A stretch of 64,000 nucleotides of DNA from Diadema antillarum (lineage: Eukaryota). Where the stretch lies: positions 248,001 to 312,000 of the forward strand of contig NW_027272196.1 of NCBI RefSeq assembly GCF_040938485.1. Direction: 5' to 3'. Under the pieces are notes generated by a model. The model was not told the origin of the DNA, ran no database searches, and was given only the letters and a program-made list of their open reading frames with translations. Position numbers and translations under genes: made by a program. This document shows, piece after piece, positions 37,201-49,200 of this stretch. The stretch's first letter is position 1; each line of letters begins with the position of its first letter.

Positions 37201-40200
37201 TCCCTCTATCATCCCCGTTCCTCTCCATGCCCAACTTGTACTCATGAAACCCAGTGTTGGCATTGCAGTAAAACCCTTCTTCGAGGCTATATACCATACT
37301 CATCTTCTATTTACTGTACAAAGTAAGGAAGAGGTGTGCCTCATTGCTATCCTCTCGGGTAGATAAGCATCGATCATCATAAAACTTCTTTATATCCTCG
37401 CCATGACTAACCTTTGTATGTTTCTTACCCATCCCTGTTGGGGCGAGAAAAAAGTCCTTTGTACCGTTTCAGTCAAAGATGATGGTACCCTCCAATTATT
37501 GTATGATGATGGAGTGAAAAACATGTAGTGAATGAAACAAAACACTACAATGACGTTTCCTTTTTGTACGACCAGGAGCGCAGAAAACGAAAAGAAGAGG
37601 AAGCTACCCAGAAAACCATGGAAACACTTAGACGAGCCAAGGTTTGTTTGAAGAGATAGCGATGGCCGTGCAAAAAAAAAAGGGAAAAAAAAGGAAAAAA
37701 ATTGAGCAGCAGTTTCGGATTGCGTGTTTAGAAATGAAAACATACAAAAAATTAGAGTGAAATAGATACCTCAACTGACTGCTTTGAATTCGTACCAACT
37801 GTGGTTTATGAAATTGAGAAATTAACATGCGGAAGTGGAAACAAGATTCCAACGTGTACTAGAGTTTAAGGTCTTTGGGTGGTCTGTTGGTCGCTGAAAG
37901 TGATAATGATTTGGAGTTACGGGTATATGATACTTGGCTGCAGTTAATGAAAAGAACGGGCTGATTGTCGAGGGCGTTGACTTTATGAACAGCCAGGTTC
38001 TCTACCGTGGAGACAAAATGGAAAGACAGAATTTGAGCTTTACTCTTTCTTTCATGAGAAATGGGGTTATTGTGTTCGCATCATTCTACTACTCAAAGCA
38101 GCTTTATATGTGCTGTATCTAACAGCTGCCATATTATCTTATAAATGTGCATCTATCAAGGGCAAGTATACCACAAGTATGTATTCCAGCATTCATTCAG
38201 TGATATAACTTGTGTAACACAGATAATAGTAAATTCTAATCAAGGACTATTTCCTCTATGTTGTGTGTTCAAGTATCATACATCTTTTCTCTGACGATGA
38301 TATTAGGGGACGAAGATATAAGCCATATGTAGATTGTTAGTATCAACATTGTATATTTACATTTTTCATCTATTATTGGCATCATACATTAATAATCTGA
38401 AGTTACTCTCTGGCAATATGTAGGCTAGTGATGATTTTCTGTATTGAAACAATCTTCAGAAAACAAAACAACACAAGGCAAAGTAAGCAGATAAATTTTA
38501 CTTATGCCAAGATTAATAAAATGCTCTGGGTTCAGATTCGTGGGAGGGAAAAGATTTAATTGTGCCATCTGCCGAGAACACGTGAAGTGTGTTCAAAACT
38601 TGACTAACTAAGGTAAATACTGTTTTATTCAGGAGAGAGAAATAAGGAGACAGCATGCAGTTCTTCTTAAACACCAGGTCAGTCGTGGACCAACTCGTTT
38701 TTTCTACTTTATCTTTTGAGGTGGTGGTGGTGATATAATGAGTGTGTGTCCATCCTTGCATCATCTTTTTATAAGATTTGCTCTTTGTGGCTCTCTGCTG
38801 AAAGTGCATGTGTATCACAGCCATCATATGTATGAACATCACTGCGCCATTTGAATACAGCGACGTTTCTGGGGGAAAAAAAATTGATATGTCATTTTCT
38901 CGCATTCTCAAACAACAACACTGTCTCTCAGCTGGGCATTTCAACCGCCTGACATCCAAAGTTCTGCATTTAATCATTTCATACGAAACAACGATGGAGA
39001 TTGAGAGGTGTTGTATCCTAAATGTCATTTCCTCTGGGATCATTGATATTGCTGAAGTGATGTAGAATTGATCAGCCATGAGTTATGAATTGATAAGTCC
39101 AACTCTGTCTCGATTCAAAGAGGGTACTGAAGTTAATACAGAATCGCTGGGCTTATTTAGTACGCAAATCTTTAATTCAAATTTTGGCGTGTATACACAG
39201 CAGTGTTCACATGGAAGAGATTTGACCATTAACAAGTGTGGTGTTGTCCAACTTCTTACTCTACATTTGGTGTGGAGTGCATTGTGTTCTGATTCCTAAC
39301 ACATAGTGTTTTGTGCTGTTTTCATACATATCTTCCTTCATTGCGTTTCTAATATTTGGGCAAAAGTTTCTTTGATCTTTCTCTTGTCTTTGGATTACTC
39401 ATTTTTTTGTTTTGTTTTGGCTGGGGAAACTCTGATAGTCTCTTGATTTTCTATTTCTCCCAGTGGCCAATCATATCATTAACAGATTTAATGTACTTTT
39501 TTTTTTTATAAAGAATAATTCTTTGTCATGTCAGCTCTTTAGACATGACATCAACAAACAAAATGCAGCAGATATATTTATAAGATGATATACATCTACA
39601 GGGTAATGATGATCTGTCACAGTGAAAAAAAAAGGAAGTGGAAGTAGAAAATGATTTTGTAGATAGGTAACCTTGGGAAATTTTGATAACTTCAGGGCAT
39701 TCTTTCGTATTCATTTTGGATGATTTTCTGGGATTCCCAAATATCAGGGCAAAAAATCAGTGACAAAAAATAGAACCCCCCCCCCCCTTTGCCAAGATAT
39801 TCATGGTGGCAAGGCTGCTATACTTTTGAAAGGCAAATGCATAATCATTTTACTTGTCAAAAGATAAAACAGAACGAACAAAAAGTGGTATTTTTTTCTT
39901 AGTCTTGAGCAATTGGGCAGGTGAGTTTTTATCATCCTGCCCAGATGAGAGGTACTGTACGAGTGGATATTTTTGTGTGAGTAGTTTTTCGTGCTAGGCC
40001 AAGTAAGATGAGTTTCGCATGTTTTTAATTTCTAGGAATCAAGACATTAAATAAAGAAACATATGGCAAGCAAAAATGTTCGCTGGTTTTTATTTTTGCG
40101 CTAGTTTCTGGTTGCGCGAAATGCACAAAATTTCAACACTGCGAAAATTTCAACTTTTACAGTAATGCTTTTTGAGACCTGCAAAGACCTCCATAGCAGC

Positions 40201-43200
40201 ACTAGAAAACAACAGACACCGGCCCAACTCTCTCAAGCGGCAAAGAGACTTGTCTTGGCGTATCTCCGTGGCTGTTGAGACTTGTAATGATACCTGTATG
40301 GTATTGAGTTTTTTGCGGTGTTAACATTATTTCAAAGTTAAAGGGGATGGCTAGTAACTGATCAGTGGGAATCAGTGGGAATGCCGGAGGATGATTGTTC
40401 CCATCCTTGTGGGATTCATTTAAGAGTACATTATGTATCTATTGTTGTGTGAAAATTATTTGCTTCAGAATGGTCTCATATTCAAGTAATGTGGAGTTTA
40501 ATGTTTCCAGGTTAGCGTGCCTGGTCAGTGACGGGGCATTAATCTGCACATTACTTGAATATAAGACTGTTCTGAAGCAAATAATTTTCACACAACAGTA
40601 GATATATAATGTACTCTTAAATGAATCCCCCAAGGATTGGAACAATCATCCCTCAGCATTCCCACTGATTCCCACTGATCGGTTACTAGCCATCCCCTTT
40701 AAAACAGTACTCAGAAGGTAACAAAATTCATCTTCCACAGTATAGAATTTGCTTGCGATATATATTGCAAGGCTCTGCCCCAAAACTTGTCTGGTTGATG
40801 CAGTTTGCTAGGATAGTGAGTTCTTATAGATTATTTTGAGATAAAAAGTGTGAAGTGATTAAAATTGGTGTGCCCCACTTTCATTCCTGAGGCGCCATTC
40901 CCGTTCAGTAGTGAGTATGTGTAGAATGCCTCAAGTACATGATAATTGTATTGTGTCCCGGCAGTAGTACTGAATTGCGTACAGCTAACAAAGTGCATGC
41001 AATTCACTCTTGCTCAGTGGATACTACTATGGCCCGATATAATGTAATTAATGTAATTGAGTATGAAAAATCACATAGCAATTACAATTGGGTATGCTCT
41101 GATAATTACATTTTTCTGGTGTAACCTTTTGGGTGATATTCCGCATTTTCATCATTACCCAAATGAAATCGTGTTATTGCAGTATTGTTTCGCAAATTTT
41201 TTATCCATATTTGTTCGTTTAGAGCAAAAATGGACAGTTTCTGCAGTTAAATGGGTAGTGAGTTTTACCTTTAAGGAGCAGACTGAGTGTCTGTTGATAA
41301 AGATATCATTACAGTCATGTAATGAACCCTGTAACCAGGAAAAGCAGATTTAGCATACATGTGACTGTAAAAGTACACTGTTATATGTACATGTACTTGA
41401 ACTAATAGCTTTAATGCAGTTAATGTACAATTGACCTTGATTGTTATTGCTTTGTTGTGATTTTCCTCTGTGATGTGATGAATTTCCACTCAGGAAATAA
41501 TTATTGTTGTTATTAATATGTAGTGAGAGTTGAGTATGGACATCCGTTAGTATGCATATTTGTGTTGGTTATAACATGTGAAGTAAAGGAACTTGATGTA
41601 CATTGTACATTAGGCATGATCTAGGTCCTGGTGTTTTAAGTACATGTATTAAGGGTTAGAGGTTGTTGTCATATCTGACTCATTACAAAAGTTACTAAAA
41701 TTTATGATGGTCATCTTTACTCTTGCCAAACGATAATGCTATCCATTCAGTGATTGCCAATAACTTTTATTTATCTGAGACAAATGGTCACCTTTTAGTA
41801 AAGAAGTGACAACAAAAGGGTCTGTAAAGAATTGATTATTGAGCGGGCTGTTTCTTTTTACATCTAGAACATTTGGTGCCAATGTGACATATTTATAACT
41901 CAATCTTGATGTTGCTGCTGTACCTTGTTAGTAAACATATCATCACTCAGTGAAGTGCTTAAACTACAATGTGCTTCCCTGAAAACATTGAGTCTATGCT
42001 GTGCTTGATACGTTTTGTAATGCATCAGAGAACACGAACCGTGATTTCAGTACGGATGCTGTTAGTTTGTGGCCATCCTGTACATGGATTCATCAGCTTT
42101 GGCTTGTAAAAGTGAGGAACTATTGCAGGAGAATGCCAACTTTGCGCTCAATTCCATCAGCCTTGATGATAAAACACATATTTGTTACAAGCTAGATGTG
42201 ATAATGTGAAGGATGAAATCCTGTGTGAGGTTTTATTATTATTTTTTCAATGCACAAGTCGGTTTTTTTGTTTTTTGTTTTGGTCAGTGCACTCTGCTAC
42301 CATTACTGTTGCCTCATATAACCATACAGCTGCTTGCACGATTATCCTGAACTAACTTGCCGCAGAGCTAACTACAATTGCCATGTGTTTGTGTTTTCTG
42401 TTTTTAACCAAACAACACACTTTTACTCGTATTCAACAGGAAAACAACAGGGTTTACTTGTTTTGATATTAGGGAACTTTCATAAAAAATAGTAGCACAG
42501 ATATTTGTTTTGTGTAATTTTAAGTGGAGATGTTGTTTCTTTTGATATCTGTAAATCCACCAACATGTCGGGGGGGGGGGGGGGGGGAGGTAATCATGTG
42601 GTTATAATGTAACTCTGGAAAAGTTTTATGTGAGAAAACAAAGGTCAATTTTGTTTAGAATACAAATCACAAGTTCTAAGAACATCATATCGTAGTCATG
42701 TCATCAAGATAGCTCATGGATATTATGTGAGAGATATATCACTGATATTCAGACTGCTGTAATTTCTTCATACTTGTCACCAACTTTCAAATCTTTGATT
42801 GTTTCTGCTGCGTTTATTCTCATATCTATCATTTGAAATCATATTCTCCTTGTGGTCGCATTCTCCTTTAACCGTATATCCTCTTCATAACACTATGCCT
42901 TGTCTGCATGACTGCATGTGTGCCTGTGTTTACATTGGGCCCTGAGTAGTTGTAGTCACGTTTGATGCATGCTTCTAATTTTGCCCATTTTGCTAATTAA
43001 GAGAGCTTGATCTGAAACTAATGTCTGTGCATTTGTGCTTTAGTAACAAAGATGGCTTAACTCTTCCAAAATTGTATTCTTTAAAAGTTGAAAATGTGTT
43101 GGGTGGGTATTAGATATGAAGGTCTGCATACCTGGTTTCGAGCAGCATCAGTGTATGTGGAACAAGAAATTCCGCAGAGGGTAAGTTGTCTGCGCAGCTG

Positions 43201-46200
43201 TATGACAATGCCTATAAATTCTCTCACTTACAGGAACGTGAGCGGAGAAAACAGCACATGCTCCTGGTCAGAGCCCTGGAGGCAAGAAAGAAGGCTGAGG
43301 TATTTATTGATCTGTAGTAGTTTCTGAATATTCATATCTATTTCGTTGTGTGCACCGTGTGTTTATGTGAACGAGGGGTCTGTGGTGTAGATGTATGATG
43401 AAACTGATGCATGGATTTATCTTTATGTTTTAGTATAGAATGAAGATTATACCACTACTATGCCACAGATTAAAGTAAACGTTTCTTGTCCCAGTAAGCG
43501 GGATGGAGAATGTCACCTAGATCAAACCATCACTCATAAATCATGCTTTACTCTCTTCAATTACTATTTGGTTTAGATTCTATTCATTACAAGATGCTTT
43601 GCATGTATAATATGTTGTGACCAATGTTGGGATAATAATAGCTTAAGAGCTGTTTTTTAGACTATAAAGTGTAAATGAGTTACTTGTACATGTAGCTGAT
43701 GATACAATATGTTGAATACAAGTTTACAATTTTACTGAATCAATTCATTGCTTCACTCACAATGTGATCATACTCACAGTAGAGTTGAGCATGTCGTCTT
43801 GGGGATGACAAGGCCTTGTTTCTCAAAAATCATGAAGTTTCAAGAGAATGAAAAGACTTCAGCATTTTTGCAAAATGACATCAATTTTGATGTCAAATAA
43901 TGTAGAAACATTGTTTTGCATAATTATATTAATGATTGTAATGTTTTAAAACTATCTAATCATTTATTTTGATATTCAAAATTGAGTTGAGCTGTTTTTG
44001 AATGTGTGCCAAATAAGATACGAAGTCTTGCCACCACAGGGACACGATATGGCACTCGGAGCTTGATGGCAATGTACAATATACATGTAGATGGTGAATT
44101 GGTGTGATTGAGATTAGTGGGTTGAGAGATGTAAAATTGATGGCATTTGGTTAGAGACTGAGAAGAGTTGTAGGGGTATTGGGTCACATGGATTGATTTC
44201 AGGTTAGCAGCGATTGGATGATGGTATTATGGGTAGATGCATCCCAAATACAGATGTAGGTGTGTTGGTATTCTTATGAAGTGATCTCTGAGTCTGTTAT
44301 CAAATAAAGTGAAACTGGAAGTATTAGGATATGCTGGTAAGAAAATAAATGCTGTGTCATGTGTACTTGTGTATATTTCATACATATGAATGTGATGAGC
44401 AGAAATTTTAGCTGCAGTGCATTATTATGATTAATACCTGGTTGGAACTGTTAGATGATACATCTAGGAAGAAGTTGATACATCGAGGAAGAAGTCAGCA
44501 AACAATTAGAAGAGAATTCTGTTTCATTTCTTGATTGTCTGTAGGCCTTGCCAGAACTCCAGCGCCTGAAAGGTATCACCATCTCTGGAACAGCATTAGC
44601 TGACTGCCTCATGGTCATCGAATTCCTTCATACATTCGGCGATGCCCTTGGTCTTGGTAAGAATCTTTCCTCTACTTCTGCATGCTCTGCACTTGGCATT
44701 AACTTACTTATCTATGAAAACAGTTGAAAATAGAACAAGATATGCAAAAAAGAAAAAGCAGCTTATAACCAACTGCTGCAAAGATGAACTTTTCGAGATA
44801 ATGCATGTCATTTAACAGTATGTAATGGGAACATATGTCATGGGAGGCTTCCTCCAGCATAAATTTGGCTGTTGATTTATAAAAACATTTACCTTGCCAT
44901 TTTACCTTTCAAAAAAGAAAGAATATAGTGCTCATCCACATGGAAATGTGAAGATGTTTGACAATGATTATAAAAAGATCCAGCAGTTTTTTTTTTTTCA
45001 TGTTGCTTGTTTCATGCACTGCACCCAAGATATTTTGGTGTCAGTATACTGCACATAAAATTAAGAGAGTGGCAACCACCTGTAAGAAAAGTGCAGCAAT
45101 CGAGATGACCACAGCCAATGCAATGAATTTTGCAGTGAATTTCAAAGTTTTTCGTCTAGTATCTACTAATTTCTCAACAATACATCAAATAAGTGCACCT
45201 TCTCTTTAGTGATTGCACCAATGTAATTCAAGAAAAATTAAAACATTTCTTAGATTAGTTGAATGCCCAGTAAAGAAGGTGTTAGAGATGGGAGCAGATA
45301 GAGGGAGAGAAAGAGAGAGATGGGAGCACAAGACAAAAGATTCAGAAATGGGAAAAGCATTTTATGTTTCCTCCTGAGTGATGCCATTTACAATGTATCT
45401 CATCATTCCTAACTGTGCTCTTCTTTCCCCCTAATGATTTGCTCCATAGATGTTGAGGATGACATCCCCACCATGCCTGTCCTCCAGGGAGCCCTCACGA
45501 ACGAGGAGGAGCACGTCCCCGCCCTTGTTACCTTGGCAATGAAGCTTGTCAACAGTGCAATGGAAGACCCGGGTCTGCCGGATGATGACAAAACACCAGA
45601 TGTAAGTGTCAATGGAGTGTGACAAAGAGAAAGATAAACAAGCAGTCGGATGGCATCAGTTTTAACTTTCTGCCTAAGAAGATCAGAGACTCCAACCCCA
45701 AGCATCTTCTGATCTGGAGATTCTCCTGCCTGAAACCTCTAGCAAATGGGAAAATCCAACGTGATGTGCACCTCGCGCACAGTGCGTGTCACGTGTACGC
45801 ACCAAAGGTTATAAAAGCGTACGGAGGCACCGTGTCGATCCCGTGTGTACATACCGGCACTCTGTGCATGCGTTTTATGATCTACGTAATTGTATGTATG
45901 TATGTAGGGGGGGGGGGGGTGGTGGTAGGTAGAGCATCTATACATAGCTCGCTCTTCAATCACAGCATTGACGCTGGACCAAAGAGGTTCTTATTGCGCT
46001 CGACCTTGGATCCTTTGGATATATGAAAATCTAATTCCAGGTTTTGAAAATGGTGTTTGGGCGGGAGAAAGATCATTTCAAGCGGGAGAACGGGAGATTT
46101 TGTGAAAATTGGCTTTTGACGGGAGATCTCCCGTCAAAAGTGGGAGAGTTTAGTCTCTGGAAGATGCCGCTTCCATCCTTTTGCTGTTGCCATGGTGATG

Positions 46201-49200
46201 GCTGTTTCCATATAAGTGGACAACCAGTAGTATTGGGTGTGAGTTGATGCTGTTCTTGAAGTTGTTTGTATTATTGACCTTCAGATGAGATGATGATATT
46301 GATGATGTGATGATATTGATAATGGTGATGATGATTTGACACTGCTCTCAAGTAAGGATTAGCTGTTCATTGCTTAAGTGATGTTACCGTGTGATTTTTT
46401 GTGCCGATTGTAAAGATGATAACTGTCCTTGAATATGATTTATTGCTGATGATGCTGGTGATAGTGGTGGTGATGATGAAGAGGGTTATGTTGATAATGG
46501 TATTTTTCTTGCTCTTGCTTTACTATTGATGTTCCCAATGATTGCAGTAATTTTCCTCTTGTTGTCTATATTACCATCTCGGTAATATTTTCACAGAACA
46601 AGTAAAAAGAAAAGATAACATCATTAAGGAGAGGTGAGATATAGTCATAATATCAAAAGTTACGGGTGATGCAGCTAGCCTTTTTCCTTCTGTCCCTTTC
46701 AACCAACAGGCAATGACAGCTGGTGGCCAACGTCTTCTAGAGATCGACGTCACTCAGGAGAACCTATCTGAAGTACTCAGCTGCTACCTCAAGGCAATGA
46801 AAGGAAACAACGATGAGGTACCCCCCCCTTCACTCATTTGACTTCTCTCCACTAACTTAAATATAGATTTGGCTGTGTTGCTGATCCCTTTAAGATCTAT
46901 TTGTTTTGTTTATCAGCAACAGGTATTGATCATTCTTTCTTTTTTTTTTGTGTGTGTGTGCAAGGCTGAATGGTATGTACTTTGTAAACTGTAACCAAAG
47001 CAATTATGTAGCCTTTTTCAAATTTCAGGGAACTTACAAAGAGACATTTCAAAGAAATATTACTTTCGAGCTTCTGAGAATAGTCATTAAATTTGCTTTC
47101 CATGTGCCAGAAGAAAGTATTCACATTCTATTGACTGATGTATATCTTCCACAGAAAGACATATTATCATGGCAGGTATTGCCTACTATATATCAACATA
47201 CTACCAGTCTATTATAAACCAATCACTGCCTCTGTTTTGACACAGCTTGCAGTCAAGCTGCAGACGGTGCCATTCCTGGCCCTGAACCCCACCCACAAGG
47301 CCAGTATTCTGGGCTACCTGGTCAACCAGCTGGTCTGCAGTGACCGGGTCGTGGCCTGCATCGACAGTAGCATGGAGAATCTGTCCAACCTGCGCCGGGA
47401 CAAGTGGGTCGTTGAGGGCAAGATACGCAAGTAGGTTACACCACATAATTTTAGTTGGTATCATAGTGAACTTAGCCGCAGTAAGTTCTTGGGCATATAT
47501 TCTTTGCAATGGCACAAATCCTGATCAGTCTTTATCAGTTGATTTGTTATGAAAATAATGTCAGTTCTGTGTTTTTCATAAATTGATGAACATGATTGGT
47601 TCTCGTGGATAGGAGGCAAATACCCTAACTTAGGGCAGATTTGATCCATACACAGGGAATATGAAATCATGAAAGGCATGAAGATGCTTTAAACTCACCA
47701 AATAAAACACCAATGAAGGATGATTGATTTAGGAAACTGCTAAAGTGTCTGGAAGGAGAGGATTTTGCAGAAATGTCTTTATTTCTTTTTGTTGTATTTG
47801 TTCTTTCATGTACACGTTGGTTATCACGTTTTGGCATCATCTGTCACATCTACAGGCTGTTTTCATCAATTTCAGGTCTGATTGTAAGTGCTCGAAATTT
47901 TCCTTGCAGATTACGAGTCCAACAGGAGAAGCGCTTTGGCAAGGCCAATGAGACTGCAAAACGCAAACGGGGGCGCCCTCCCAAAAATCCCGAGGAGGAA
48001 GGTGAGGAGAAGGAAGAAGAGGAGAGCAAAGATGTTGCGGAGAAGGAACCAGAGGATGGAGAGAAGGTGGAACAGGTGGTGGAAGCAGATGAATCCAAGG
48101 ATGGAGATCCCATCGAGGATGATAAAGGGAAGGACAAGGATGGAAAGAGTCCGAGCAAAGAGCAGTTGGAAAAAAAGATCGAAAAATTAACCAAGGTTTG
48201 TTTTCCTTTGAGATGCTTGAGTTAGAATAAATTTGATTCACATCTCAATGTTGTCAAAGCTGCAGATTTTTCATGCATTGTAAAGGTACTGGATATATTC
48301 AATTTGAAGCATTTCTCAGTGAACTAGAGGAGAAGATGACATTGTATGTGGTCTTCAGTAAGTCATAATTTAAACAATTTTGTCATATATACTTAATTTC
48401 AGTAGATAATTATCTTCAATCACTTGCTTTCTCACTGTGGAATCTACTGGTGTCATGTAGAAATGTGCACCTTTGTCAGAGGTACAATGCATCCTTACAT
48501 GTCCTACCATGAAAAATACAATGTGTCCTAACTTACATTGGATGTACTCATGTGGAGTCCTCTTTGATTTGATATTCAAAATCATTGCAGCAACACGGCC
48601 AGTTCAGAAACAAGATATTTGACGCCTCCCACTCCCTGCGAGCGATGACCTTCGGCATGGATCGCTTCAACCGACGCTACTGGGTGCTGCCACACTCTGG
48701 GGGGATCCTAGTGGAAGGGATGGAAAGTGCTGCCCCTGAGGAGTATGAGGCAGCGCAGTCTGCTGTGGAAACAACAAACTCTGATGAGGCCAAAGAGCCA
48801 ACTGATACCAAAGAAGACATCATAAAGTCTGAAAACCAAGACAGTACAGTGCCATCTGAACCTGCAATAAAACAAGAACAAGAAGTACCTAAGCAAATAA
48901 AAGAGGAGTGCGAAAGGACGCTTGAGTGCAAACAAGAAGTTAAGGATGAGAAAACTGAGGACCAGGCTTTAGATTTCAGTGCTAAGGCAGAGGACGCGAT
49001 GCAGACCTTTGAACAGAGTGAAAAGCAGCAGCAAGGAGCGGAGGATGCAAAGCATGCCGAGGATCAGAGTGAGACCAAGATGGAGTTTTGCAATGGATCG
49101 AGTGAGAGCAAGGAGGAGAGAAACGAGGAGAATCTCTTCCTCCAGAAACCTGATTCCTCAGCGTACATGGGTGTCTTCCAGAGCAAGGCAGTAACAGAGG

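Noticed and set aside
38813-38824. TATCACAGCCAT, identical to the 5' end of miR-2/miR-13 family miRNAs
   Set aside because: No complementary arm to form a pre-miRNA hairpin, and the rest of the mature sequence does not match.
38513-39079. 188-aa minus-strand ORF
   Set aside because: No recognisable domain or coding-like composition; spans a plus-strand exon; probably chance.
43792-43818. CRLGDDKAL reading resembling the end of the missing pre-DDT motif
   Set aside because: Preceded by an in-frame stop, no donor after it and no upstream charged helix; likely coincidence.
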